From Psammoneis japonica (lineage: Eukaryota), in assembly GCA_008632985.1 (NCBI GenBank), contig QPGO01000016.1, positions 654,840 through 718,839 of the forward strand: DNA of 64,000 nt, in the 5' to 3' direction. The notes below the pieces were generated by a model, which saw only the letters and a program-made list of their open reading frames with translations, had not been told where the DNA came from and ran no database searches. The translations under genes were made by a program, and so were the position numbers. Shown here piece by piece: positions 51,131 through 62,800 of the stretch (its first letter is position 1; every line of letters starts with the position of its first letter).

Positions 51131-52297
51131 TTTTGCTTTTGCAATGGGGTCACAAGAGCAGCAGCCAAGCCATCAATTTGGCCTCCTCTTTCAGTGCCAC
51201 TGCTAGCATGGAATTGGGTGCTGTGCTCTTTTTTGACTTGGAGAAAATTTTTGATGGACCACACTTTGTCTGCAGCAATGTGCAAGGAGGCTTCATGCAG
51301 GCCTGTGCACACATCAATGGAGTGTGGCACCATGCAAGGCTTTTTGTGCTTTGCACTCACCAACAAAGCAATGGGTCATGCAGCGAGTGAGTCAATCTTG
51401 CCAGAGCAGGCTTGTTTGATTTTCCTGATCACACCACATGCAGTCTTGTTGTGGAACATTGAGCCAGGAAGATTGAGCCAGGAACATCAAGCCAGGAACA
51501 ACAGCTCTCCAACATGTTGCCATCAGACCAGAGCAGCACGATTCTTGCTGATCATTTCTTCAATCATTTTCTGCAAGAATCAGTGCCACCAAAGCAAGCT
51601 GCTGCAGACTCTGGGTCAGCAGCTTTGGAAAATCAGGCCAGCATCATTTGGCACTCTAAAGCAACTGCGTGCTTGCGGCGCACCTTTTTTTTTGCTCTCC
51701 CTCCATCTGCGCTTCTCTCTTGGTTCAACCAGTCAACCTCAACCCCACATTGCCAGCACACCTGGAGTTCTCAGTGTGGCACTGTCTCTTTTTTGCTTGT
51801 TGCCATTGCAGCTGTCAATCAATCACGCCAGGAGGAGAAAGAAGTGCAACTGCTCAAAATGGTGGGCACCTGATCACAAGCACAAAAACAAGCACTGCAA
51901 CAATTGCATCTGCTGCGCATGTGTGCAATGTTGCAGCTTGGCCAGTTGGCACAAGCAATGGGCTGAATGTGTGTCATTCAAGCAGCTGTGCACAAAAGCA
52001 GTGACCAGAAGTTTCACACACTCAATTGGCACAGCGTCATTGTCACATTTTGCTTTTGCAATTGTGGGGGTCATGAACAGCAACTGAGCTGTTGATTTGG
52101 TCTCCTTTTGGTGCCACCGCCAGCACAGAATTGGGTGTTGTGCTTTCTTCCAACTTTTGTCTGTGCAGCAACATGCAAGGCTTTGTGCTTCACATCCGTT
52201 CACATCCGCCAATGCTGTGTGAAGCAGAGCGAGTTGTGCAGCCAAATGAGTCAATCTCTTGTCAGACCGGGCTGGTTTGAGCATTTTTTCTGATCAC
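51128..52297. repeat. Diverged direct repeat (~51128-51432 and ~52045-52297) in a TpA-depleted domain
   Basis: Shared blocks in the same order: CATTTTGCTTTTGCAAT, GTGCCACYGCYAGCA..GAATTGGGTG, CATGCAAGGCTTT, TGAGTCAATCT, TGATCAC. Confidence 0.75.
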
Positions 52298-52545
52298 TTT
52301 GTGGGGCCCTGCAGTTGGGAACTGCGTGTTGCATGTGATGATGTCCATCGCTCTTGACACAAAACTCTGGACATTCTGTTGATTTGGAGTTCTCATTTTT
52401 GTTGCTGTGCGTGAATGAAATGCACAATGTGCGAGTGGGTGCCGCAGCTGCCAGGTAGATTTTTTTGTCGGCATTGCTTGGTGGCCCTTAAACAGCCCTT
52501 GGGGCCCCAACATTTTGACTTAAGGCCCATGTGTGGTCAGGTGCC

Positions 52546-52868
52546 GGTGGTCTTGACCACCACCGACAGGGTCTTGATGGCATTTGTGTTGCCGACCGTT
52601 GCTGCAAGTCATGATGACTGAGATGCGATGACCTGCGTCTTGCATCAATTCAGAATTGTGTAAAAAAGCGGCACTCAGTGCTTGTTGCTAAAGAGTTTTC
52701 ATTTTTGACTTATGGTTGGTCTTGACCACCACCCGCAGGGTCTTGGTAGTGTTTGTGTTGCCGACCGTTTGCCCAAGCAGTCTCAGTGACTGAAACACCA
52801 TGACCTGCATGTTGCATAAATGTAGATTTGTTAAAAAAATGGCACTGACACTTGTCACTCTAGGAGTC
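52546..52868. repeat. Two tandem ~168-bp diverged units
   Basis: TGGTCTTGACCACCACC..CAGGGTCTTG..TTTGTGTTGCCGACCGTT..ATGACCTGC..GGCACT occurs at ~52548 and ~52717. Confidence 0.85.
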
Positions 52869-52874
52869 ATTTAA

Positions 52875-53408
52875 CACGGGATCCACGGGTGCACCCGGGA
52901 ATTGCGGGATGAAAGGGGAAAGGGGCAAATGGGAATGTTGGGAAAGCAAGGGGCTATTGTTGTGCCTTAAGGGTCCCTTTAGTGAGCCGAACACGCACAT
53001 TTGTCATCTGACCATCATAGGTCCGTCTTATGGGGGGTGTCAAAATGTTGTGACGGGACGCGTCTTGAGGATTAATCGTTATATAATATATATGGCTATG
53101 AAGGCTATATAAAGTTGAAAAACGTACGTGCGCGTTTTTTATGTGTGTCGTTTTCAGATTTATATAATGTTAATGGTCAAATATATAATATATAAAATTA
53201 TTTCTCGAGACCGCGTCTGCTCTCACAATTTAACGACCCCCGAAAGGACGGACCTACGAGGGTCAAATCAGCAATAAGCGTGTTTGGCTGACTAAAGGGT
53301 CCCTCAAGGTAAAACAACAGCATGTCACTTTTCCACCATTCACATTTGCCCCTTTCCCCTTTCATCCCGCATTTCGCAGATTCCCCTGGTGCATCCGCGG
53401 ATCCCGTG
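52875..53408. mobile_element. piggyBac-like MITE: ~200-bp imperfect terminal inverted repeats around an AT-rich spacer
   Basis: TTAA|CACGGGATCC..GGATCCCGTG|TCAA; arms ~52875-53076 and ~53198-53408 are reverse complements (both give MKGERGK.E.W..GPFS.PNT in the ORF track). Confidence 0.8.
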
Positions 53409-53620
53409 TCAACAGACCCAGTCATCTCTGACCATGCTTTTACAAGAGACTGCGGTCATCTTGAAGAATCTGCGCCACATCTGTTTTGACTTTTTGGACT
53501 TGATGTTGGATTGGCTTGTTCTCTGTCGAACACACGCCGACACAATCCTGTCGACAGAGCTTTTGATGCGCCTCAAGAAGTGTCGTTCCTCACTCTGCCG
53601 TAAAGGATTTGTTTGCAATC

Positions 53621-55310
53621 ATGAAGATCTTTCTAAGTGTTGCGTTCTTTTTGCTGCCATCGTTCTCAGCCACTCTTGTCCATGCCGGCGGTCCACCCCA
53701 AGTCACTCCTTCGGGCAACCCCGTCCCTGGGGCCGGTGGGAAACGCAAAGGTGACCTCGACTGGTCCAACGTTCCTCGTTTGAACAGTGGACAGCTGGTT
53801 AGCCTCCAAGCTAAAATGATGAACGACACGCCCAACTGGAACGTTCAGCTGGAAAAGATTCAGGAACATTCCAACGGCGATGTGGCTTGGAGAGGCAAGG
53901 CGACGAATGCCGACGTGCTCGTGACGCTCGTGGAAGTCACCGCTTCTACGGGAGTTACTGTGATCTCTGGCGCCTTTCAAGCTCAAGACAAGCACTGCCA
54001 GATCAGTGGAATCGTTGGAGGTGACATTCAAGTTGAAGAACGGGGCTCTTCTGATCACCCTGAAGAAGAAGAGGGGCCAGTGGGACCTGTACGTCGCCAC
54101 TTGAGGGATGCTGCAGAGACTCAGGAACATCGCGGCCGTCACTTAGCCACCATCAATGGAGAAGGACAATATGTTATTGATGCCTTGATTGTCATCACCG
54201 ACCGTGCCACCTGCCAACTTGGCACCAGTCCTGACGATTTCAACTGTGATGCGACAGATCCAACCATTCGCGCTTTGGCCGAAGCGCGCATGGTGGAGGC
54301 AGTCGATTTCGCCAACCAAGCCTACGAAAACTCCAACGTCAACATGATCATGGAACTTGCGCCCTTGATCTACAAACCCACGAACGAGTTTGACGAGACG
54401 CAGTACACTGGCAGTCAAATGTTGTCGTTGTTGCGCACCGATCCCGCTTTTTTCGACGTCCGCAACATTCGTGACAATGTTGTGGGTGCCGATTTTGTCA
54501 CCCTGATGGTGGAAAGGGAAAAGGATAGCGCCTCTTACTGTGGCATTGGATACTTGACCACGAATGCCGAATATGCCTTCAATGTGGTCGGCCTCGACTG
54601 CATTGGGTAATACACCTTCACCCACGAGGTAAGTTGCGTGTGTGGGCTACGTTTACCAATAAATTTTATGTCGACCGAACGCTAATCTCATTTTATTTGG
54701 TGCTTGGAAACAAGATTGGACACAACCAAGATCTCAACCATAATCGAGAGAATACTAACAACAATGAACCCTACGCTCACGGACTTCGTCATCCGTCGCC
54801 ATCGACGGAGGGTGTTGCCCCGTTTCGAACCGTGTTGGCTTATTCTTGCAGCGGCGGCTGCACGCGTCGGCCCGTCTTTTCCGGACTTGGTGTATACTGG
54901 CAAGGAGAAGAAACTGGTACAGCCACCGAGGACAATGCCCGTTGGTTGCGTGAGAATCTGAATACCTATTCCTCCTACCGCACGCGTATCGCTCCAACGA
55001 CACCCTCTCCAACGCCGTCTCCCACACCCTCCCAACGCCGTCTCCCACGCCCTCTGCAACCCCGTCTCCCACGCCCTCTGCAACCGTGTCTCCCACGCCC
55101 TCTCCAACCCCGTCTCCCACAACCTCTCCAACGCCGTCTCCCACACCCTCTCCGACGCCGTCTCCCACACCCTCCCCAACCTCTCCCACACCCTCTCCAA
55201 CCCCGTCTCCCACAGAAACGTGCTCGTCTACTGGTGGTGCTTGCAAGAATTGGAAGGACTGTTGTTCAGGCCTTTCCTGCTCGGGGGGAAAGAGCAAGAC
55301 TTGTGGATAG
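53621..55310 (+). pseudogene. Secreted metzincin (reprolysin-like / peptidyl-Asp metallopeptidase-like) with TPSP linker and Cys-rich tail; disrupted
   Basis: Signal peptide, ADFVTL, CGIGY. Intron 54629-54714 gives THE|IGHNQDLNH and FRTVLAY. In-frame TAA at 54608-54610 and a frameshift in the TPSP repeats. Confidence 0.8.
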
Positions 55311-56186
55311 CTGGTGTTTTGCTGCATCTGGAGTACATTGAGCAACCTACATTCTCATCGTTGACGATTTCACTTTTGCTCGTTCTGTCTCGGTTGGAGA
55401 TATGTAACATAACGCTCATTCTCTCTAGCTGATAGACTCTATCATATGTAGCTTTTGCAACGTACTACGTCAACACCAAACATGCTTTGTATTAGTCACT
55501 CTTGAATGTGCTCATGTCTGCGATGTACCAATTGGAGTACCCGCAACCACCTGCCGGCCACTTTTTTTACCATTTGCAGTAGGAGTACGTTGCTTGTAAG
55601 TGCTAGCATTTTGATGATCCACCACATCTTGCCTCGAAGAGCAGAACCAATTCGTCCAATGTCACATTCACAATGACATCACGCTTCTTTTTGTCCTCGA
55701 AGGAGGCGTGTCCCGACTCTAATTTTCAGTCAATCAGCGTCATGAGCACACTTATTTCGTTCATTGCACTTTTTATTGCTTGCACCGTGAGCGGTTTTCG
55801 CTTTACCAACTTTTTACATAATGGAAGTGCTTCCCCTCTATATAACGTAGGGCCCTATGCACTAGGGGAACCTGTCGAGTCTCGAAAATCACGCAAAAAC
55901 GACCCCGACGATGTTGCGACGGCGTCCATCCTACTAGCTTATCTCCCACACCTGCTTTCCATATCTCGTGTATTTCAACCCTTATTAAGTCGTAGAAGTG
56001 ATGCATATTATCAACCACTTTTGTCCACGAATCGGCCGTTGTGGTAGTCCAATCCGCGTTGCAGACGAAGAAAGATTATCGAACAGTAATCTATTAGGCA
56101 TAACTACGTCATCCTAATATTTGGTTTTGTTCACGTGCCACTTCAACGGGGAGACCATCAAGGCCACTCCTCTTTCCGGTAAATTA

Positions 56187-57103
56187 TCAAGGAGCAACGA
56201 TGTCAATAGAGAGACGAATCACTGGCAAAACGTCTCCATCTTTCGCAAACACCATGGTCGAAGGATTGCTTGTGGCATCGATTCGACGAATAGGATCCCG
56301 AGGGCTTAATGGATCATTGGATGCAGCATAGGTATCTCCACCATCCGAGCCAGCATCATATGGCTGCAATTCAACAGTGAAGCTTTCCCACCAATTTCCA
56401 TTCGTAACTGGCTCTAAGTCGTGTACACCAGCAAACCAGTCGGGACTCGGGGCAATCATTGAAACAAAGGAGATGAGCGGGTGATCTTTGTCTACGTCAA
56501 CCAAAAAAGTTTGTGACGGATTGGTCTCAAGGCCGAATTGACCGACACCCGTAAAGATGTCAAGCACGTTGCCTTCGCTTTGCTCTTGTTGAAGCTCACT
56601 GCGAATAGTGGAAGTGGCTCCAATCTGTATAACGTACATTACAAACAAAAGCATGGGAGAGAGCATGAGTTTGTGTCGCAGAATGAAAAAGATAGATTTA
56701 CACGACTCTTCAAACCACGAACGTACCTCTGCAACACGAACGACACCTGCGGAAGCTAGTTTTCCTGCCTCCCACATTGTATATGAGCAACCATGACTCG
56801 CTCCTACAGGAGGCGACCAGTGTGCGTTGTTTGGAAAATCCGGAGGGTGATTCGTCAGTGTCCACAAGTTTTCAAAAGTCACCCGATACTGGACAGGTGC
56901 CGACACACCAAAGGGGCTAACTGTGAAAGAAGTGATATTTCCACCACCAAACGTAGCGCCCGTCGAAGAGGCAAAGCTCCCAGAGTCGCCTCTGTGACAC
57001 CGCCGAGCTTCCGCTCATTCCTCCGCAAGTGGTTGCGACCTTCTGCGACGTCCACGACCATGGCGCTCAATACCAATACTGCAGAAAGAAGGAGTGATAC
57101 CAT
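56187..57103 (-). CDS. Secreted Spondin_N-domain protein (intron 56625-56726; apparent frameshift near 56900-56990)
   Basis: YRVTF..W, HWSPPVGASH, SMIAPSPDWF and PYDAGSDGGDTY; the signal peptide MVSLLLSAVLVLSA lies in an upstream frame. Confidence 0.85.
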
Positions 57104-57562
57104 GATTTCCTTTTGTCGTCAGAAATTCTTTCATTGTGTGCGTTTTCCTTCGTCATGATGAAACCGCTTCGGTCCACTGCTCACTGCTCAAGCAGCAATG
57201 GATTCGTGAATGGCCAGTTTTGTGAGTCCGACGAGTGCTCGAGCAATTTGGAAAATTAATCGATTAAACGATCGTGGATACGATGAATTGTATTTTGTGC
57301 AAGCCAAATATTCAGACTTTATTGTAGTAGGGCTAATAAAGATCCAAAAGATACGACCGACGGACATCGCAACATCAACAACGTCCGCCCGTACATCGAA
57401 CAGAAATGTTTGCGCCAACTACTAGCTAGAGTCTAATTTTGTCTTGAGAGTCTTGAGTGTTATCGTACTGGTATCGTACTACAGAAGAGAATCAGAGCTA
57501 ACTTGTTCCCGCGTTCTCTCTGCCAGCAACAACGTGCTGTTCCAGTTTAATCCCAGGTGTCA

Positions 57563-59461
57563 ATGTCTTGGATAGTTGCTCTCATTGTATTTTTCGCCAA
57601 CCATGAAAGGTCTGGCTATGCGTTTTCTCCCTCGATGCCGAAGCGGAGACTGCGATTCCCACTTCGAGACCCTCAGAAACAGCTCAACGAGTACAATGGC
57701 AACTTCTCACCGAACGCAAGCGCACTTCAACTGTCAACGTCAGCTACTGCTGTGAGCAACAACGATGATGTGACGACAGGATCAGCTGAAACCGTTTCAA
57801 GCGAAAAGAATGGGAAACCCAAAAAGATTCTTGTTCGTGCGGTTGTTGCTCTAACGATTTTTGCTCTTGGTTATGTGTCTGGTGGTGGCAACGCAAAGTC
57901 TGCGGCACGCACCGTTCTGCGACAACCGAAACGGTTCCCTGTTTTGTCGGTTATCGGCGTGGCTCTCATTGTAAAAGAATTCTACAATGCTATTCCTGTA
58001 TGGATCAAGAGACGACTCCCGATTGTGGGCAAGAGGCAAAAGCTCGAAGCAATGGTTTCGGAAGATCCAGACGACATGACGGATCTCTCCACTCTGGCTC
58101 TAAAGTTGAGGAAACTGTTTTCGGTTGCGCAAGACAAGCTAGCAAATGACGACGAGGAGGAAAAGACAAAAAATCTTACAATCCTTCCACAGCTGTTGGC
58201 AATTTCACAAACGTTGCGTCAGAAAAAGGGCAAGGACCGGGTCGTTGCAGAGTACATTGCGGCAGGAGAAGAGGGAAGTCCAGAGGATATCAAGGGATAC
58301 GATCGGTTTTTTGAGTATGCAGACTGGGCATACGACGAGGATTTAAGCGGCGTTCCGCTCAAGGAGCTTTTGAGAAACGAGGGATTCTCGCTGTTGCGCC
58401 ACGACAAGACCAGTGAGTTCTACAATATTTTCTTCGCCATATCTACGAGTCTTGGCGATTTACAGAATCTTGTGTCTAACATGAATTTTCTTGTTTCAGC
58501 TCTTCCCGGATTTGTTGGGCACTATGTCGCCCTCAACAAGGAAAAGAAACTCGCTCTCATCGGCGTCAAGGGAACGTCAACCATTGAGGACATTTTGACC
58601 GACTGCTGTGGCCTTGCTGTATCATACGAGCTGCCCGGCCCGTTTGTGGAAGGAGGAAAAACAGAGATTCGTTGCCACGAAGGAATTTTGATTTCATCCA
58701 AGAGGCTCGCAGATGACCTTCAACCACTTGTAGAGGATCTCTTGCTGCCGACGGGATACGAGATATTGGTGGTTGGCCACAGTCTTGGGGCAGCTTCGGC
58801 AGGTTTGTTTGGAGTGATGATGCGGGCTCGTATACCGGCGTTGCGGCAAGATGCGGCAGGAGAGAAGCTGCGTGTTTTGGCGTTTGCTTCTCCGCCTGTT
58901 TTGGATTATGATAATGCGTTGGATTGCACATCCTTTTGTACCACAATTGTCAACAACTCAGACATTATACCACGCGCAAGCCTAGCGAATTTGATTATTG
59001 GACTAGAGGTTCTGAAGCGCGCAAATGACAAGCTCGAGGAGAAGAACCTGGACTATGAAAACAACCGAAAAGCTCTGATCCAACGACTTTTGGCAGATTC
59101 GTTGAAAAAGGACGAAGAAACGGAATTACTCTTGGAACCGGAAGAACTGGTTGAAATAGTGGACGATTCCATCAAAGGTGTGGACATGAAAGACCCGGAT
59201 CATTTGTACGTGCCTGGAAAGGTTGTTCTTCTTTGTGACAAAGATAAAGAGGAGATTCAGGTGGAAGAGGGAGAGGCGGAGCAAGACAACAAGGATGGCT
59301 TTATTGTTCTAGCCAAGGACGGGACAACCGATGTCTTGCGAACAATTTTTGTGGACGAAAGAATGGTCTTCGATCATTTGGCTCAAGCGTACAGATCCAG
59401 CTTTCGTACCGTTATGAAACCGGTGAATGCTACCGATGAAACAATAGAAACGGAGCCGTAA
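57563..59461 (+). CDS. Class-3 lipase (alpha/beta hydrolase); in-frame intron 58413-58499
   Basis: GVKGTSTIEDILTD, CHEGI, VVGHSLGA, FASPP, VNNSDIIPR, LYVPG and DHL motifs. Confidence 0.92.
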   Translation: MSWIVALIVFFANHERSGYAFSPSMPKRRLRFPLRDPQKQLNEYNGNFSPNASALQLSTSATAVSNNDDVTTGSAETVSSEKNGKPKKILVRAVVALTIFALGYVSGGGNAKSAARTVLRQPKRFPVLSVIGVALIVKEFYNAIPVWIKRRLPIVGKRQKLEAMVSEDPDDMTDLSTLALKLRKLFSVAQDKLANDDEEEKTKNLTILPQLLAISQTLRQKKGKDRVVAEYIAAGEEGSPEDIKGYDRFFEYADWAYDEDLSGVPLKELLRNEGFSLLRHDKTSEFYNIFFAISTSLGDLQNLVSNMNFLVSALPGFVGHYVALNKEKKLALIGVKGTSTIEDILTDCCGLAVSYELPGPFVEGGKTEIRCHEGILISSKRLADDLQPLVEDLLLPTGYEILVVGHSLGAASAGLFGVMMRARIPALRQDAAGEKLRVLAFASPPVLDYDNALDCTSFCTTIVNNSDIIPRASLANLIIGLEVLKRANDKLEEKNLDYENNRKALIQRLLADSLKKDEETELLLEPEELVEIVDDSIKGVDMKDPDHLYVPGKVVLLCDKDKEEIQVEEGEAEQDNKDGFIVLAKDGTTDVLRTIFVDERMVFDHLAQAYRSSFRTVMKPVNATDETIETEP

Positions 59462-59561
59462 ACGGCGCAGAAGTATGTAGGACAAAGATGGCGTAATTCA
59501 ATCACCTAAGTTCAAGCCTAAGACGTAGATACCTCCTCTCAACCTCCATAGTTCCCCCATG

Positions 59562-60614
59562 CTATGGAATGTATCCCGTACAATTCCTCCAGTTCGGCTT
59601 GACCATTGGCTTGTAATGCGGCGCTTCTGTCGAATTATTGAGATTATCGTCGTCGTCATCAAGTTCCAGATAACACGCCATGAAGGGACAGTGCTGATCG
59701 GTTGATCGATAAAAAGCGTCGGCGCACGCCAGGATTGGATCTCGACCATATACAGCAATGCCATTGATGTACCAACCCCAAAGCCACGCCATGGTGAGTC
59801 GAGACCACCACGTGTTCAAGTTGGTGTGCATTCCCAGCATCCAACCCAGATACCAATGATGCAAATGAAAGTTTGCATTCGAAGCCGACGGTACAATGAA
59901 AAAGAGAATCGTCAAGGACAACTCGGCAAGTCTCGTGACTAGCAATTTGCGCTTTGCGAATTCCCGCAAATGAATCCATACAACAAACACCACGAGAGGG
60001 ATCAAAACGGCACAAAAGAGAAACAACTGCCACGGCCAATGGCAATGAACCTCATAGAGTGAAAAGGAATACTGCATAAACTTGAAATTGGTAGACCACG
60101 ACGTGGAAAAAGCGCTAACCATGGTGGGAATCAGCCATGCCAAGGTGTCGACTCCGGTTTTGGAAAAGAGCCTTCCCACCACGAAGAAGACCATTACGTC
60201 GAGCACCACCAAGTTGTAATCATACAAGAGCAAATCAGAGAGACTAAACTTGGGATCGTGTTCCCAGTCAAGCCACTTTACCACGTAGTGAATCACGGTA
60301 ATTTCCAACAGCGAAAGAAACAAGAATTTCAGAAACTTGACTGCCTCCCGCTGCAAAATCAAAACATCCCGGAACGTCCAGTTGTCGGAGTCATCTGAAA
60401 TCCAATTCTTGTTTAGCAATTTTAGAATCGAGTACTGATTTTCTTGTTCGTCGGAATCGTGTTCGTCGCAAAACGGATCTTCCTCGTCCTCTTGATCTGC
60501 AGCAACCAATTCTTGGTATTCTCCGTGTTGCTTGGGAAGAATCATCTTCTCGTCCGTTGTTTCAGGAGCAGCAGTCAGAACCGAATCGTCCATGTCAAGT
60601 GATGCTGTGTTCAT
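59562..60614 (-). CDS. Multi-pass membrane protein of unknown function
   Basis: 350-aa ORF with several hydrophobic segments and an FHLHHWY..INGIAVYGRD motif. Confidence 0.8.
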   Translation of the reverse strand: MNTASLDMDDSVLTAAPETTDEKMILPKQHGEYQELVAADQEDEEDPFCDEHDSDEQENQYSILKLLNKNWISDDSDNWTFRDVLILQREAVKFLKFLFLSLLEITVIHYVVKWLDWEHDPKFSLSDLLLYDYNLVVLDVMVFFVVGRLFSKTGVDTLAWLIPTMVSAFSTSWSTNFKFMQYSFSLYEVHCHWPWQLFLFCAVLIPLVVFVVWIHLREFAKRKLLVTRLAELSLTILFFIVPSASNANFHLHHWYLGWMLGMHTNLNTWWSRLTMAWLWGWYINGIAVYGRDPILACADAFYRSTDQHCPFMACYLELDDDDDNLNNSTEAPHYKPMVKPNWRNCTGYIP

Positions 60615-61437
60615 CGTCGTTTCCTGAAGTGATAGTGATTGTTAGCGTTGCTACACGTTCGTCTCTTGTGTTGAGTGTCGAGTGTCCTTCGCTTTGATGA
60701 TTGCAAGTGAAGCACGATCGCGCTTTGTTTTTTGTGTTGTTTATGTGTATTTTATTTGTTGCGCACTTGCTACGCAAACTTCGATTTTTCGTAGAAATGT
60801 ACGTAAATGTCATACTATTATGTTTATGTATTGACAAATTATTTACTTATAGTCACAAATTACGGTAGGTCTGTGAGTCTCGACAATGGCGCCGCAAACT
60901 ACAAACAAAGATTCTTGTCTCAGCGAAAATCCAGAACAATACATGAGCATCGATGAGATATCAAAGTACAACGATTTAATCTGTACCTTTCTGGTCATCA
61001 TGTGCCGTCGCAAGTTTTGCTACACACACACTCCTGTCAAGTGGGCCATGGATTCGTAATCATTGGCAAGCACAATTATCACTCATTTAGAGTCAACTAT
61101 TGAATCGCAACATTTCGGACATTCTTTTGGGGTCGAATTACAGGACCCATCACCAGTTCTGCGACCAATCCAAGTTGTTGCCGCAAGAGGAGAATTCCTT
61201 CTAGTACTACACGGTCCTCAAACGAAGCAACACAGGCAATCAGAACTAAGCTAAAGTAAGTAAGAGCCACGCCTTGTCATGATATTGACAATATACCGTG
61301 ATTTAGTATCATTGTACTATACCAAAATACGGACGTATCCTCTGTACTAACGTTGCCAACAATGTCGCGTTGTATCGTTTTCTAGACACTCAATTGAGCG
61401 ACGCGGCATTTTTCCATTTCACCACGGCAGCACGTGC

Positions 61438-62073
61438 TTAGTAGGGGGGAGCGACGCCTGTAGGAGTTTTCGAGACAGTACCGGATGACGAAGAGGAGGA
61501 GCTACCGCCGTCAGTTGGATGTGCCGGTTTGTAAGGATGCTTGGTAGGGTCAGCACCTTCACTTGATGAAGAGGAACTAGAAGCGCTTCCAGACGAGCCA
61601 CCGTCACCGCCTCCATATCGTGCCGGCTTGTGAGCCTTCTTGGCATGATCCTTGCCTGTACTAGATGAAGAAGAGTCACCAGGAGCACCGGTGGAAGAGC
61701 TAGAGGAGCTGCCACCTTGGTCTGCCTTTGCATGCTTGCGAGTCTTCTTGGCTGGCTTCTTCTTGGCAGGCTTCTTCTTGCGAGGCTTCTTCTTGGCAGG
61801 CTTCTTGGCCTTCTTGGCGGCCTTCTTCTTCTTCTTTTTCTTCTTGCCCTCGTCCTTCTTATGAGTCTTCTTGGCGGGCTTCTTTTCTTCCTCGCTTTCC
61901 TCGCTTTCTTCTTCGTAGACTATCGCTTCCGCGGGTGCTGCAGCGGGCTCGGACAAGCCTCGAAGGCCGCCAGTTTTGGTGACAGCATTAGGGCTTTCAC
62001 TCTTGAGAGCCTCTACAGAAGCAGAGTAGAAAGCAAGGGAAAGCGTAAAGAGAGCAACGATGGAGAGCTTCAT
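61438..62073 (-). CDS. Secreted Lys/Ser-rich low-complexity protein (silaffin-like composition)
   Basis: Signal peptide MKLSIVALFTLSLAFYSASVEA, LRGL (RXL), acidic block, (KKPA)n repeats and poly-Ser runs. Confidence 0.8.
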   Translation of the reverse strand: MKLSIVALFTLSLAFYSASVEALKSESPNAVTKTGGLRGLSEPAAAPAEAIVYEEESEESEEEKKPAKKTHKKDEGKKKKKKKKAAKKAKKPAKKKPRKKKPAKKKPAKKTRKHAKADQGGSSSSSSTGAPGDSSSSSTGKDHAKKAHKPARYGGGDGGSSGSASSSSSSSEGADPTKHPYKPAHPTDGGSSSSSSSGTVSKTPTGVAPPY

Positions 62074-62800
62074 GATTGCAAAGAATGTGAATTTGTGAGA
62101 AGCAAATGTGAAAAATGTGAAAGGCGGGACCAGGCATGGAAGATTTTCGGATATTTCTGGTCCCCTGCAGTCCCGCGTACTTATCCTGTGGAATCCCACG
62201 TAAATGAGTCACTAGTGTCTGGGGAGAAAACAGAAAACGAACTATTTCGCCAACACTTTGGAAGACGCATAAACAAATGCCAGGAACAAGTTCCAGAAGA
62301 CTTCCCTGTAAAAGATGGTACAGCAGCGCATAGCGCAAGTATCAGTACTTTTAATGCATCGTTAAACTGTTTTAAGCAGCCCAGAATAACACAAAAACAA
62401 AAACAAGAATCGATGACCGCGCAGAGTCATTTGTTTGTCATTCGAAATACTCTCTCAAAAAGCTGAGGCGATCTTCGACGGATCATGGGTAAATAATACT
62501 TCGAGAACGCACTCAAAGAACACAAGTCTGGTATAATGAAAACTCGTAAACCGGTAGCCGACTTTGTTCTCTAAGAACTACTGTGAACATTTTATGATCA
62601 AACCGTATCTTGGAAATATAATCACAAACATGGTACGTATGCAGTTTAGAAGATAAAGCAAACACCCTTAAAGTATTGAAAGCCTGTGTAATTTCTTTGA
62701 TATCTAGAGAAAGCTAATAGAGCCGGTGCGCGTGATTCTACTTTACGGGAATCGTCGTGCAGCGAACTGAGGAGAGTGTTGCAAAGGTCACAACAAAGAA

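Noticed and set aside
55673..56047. 124-aa ORF with a hydrophobic stretch
   Set aside because: Short, with no recognisable motif; cannot be supported without expression data.
61717..62466. Leu-rich 249-aa plus-strand ORF (also 62757-63239)
   Set aside because: Antisense of the Lys-rich secreted proteins.
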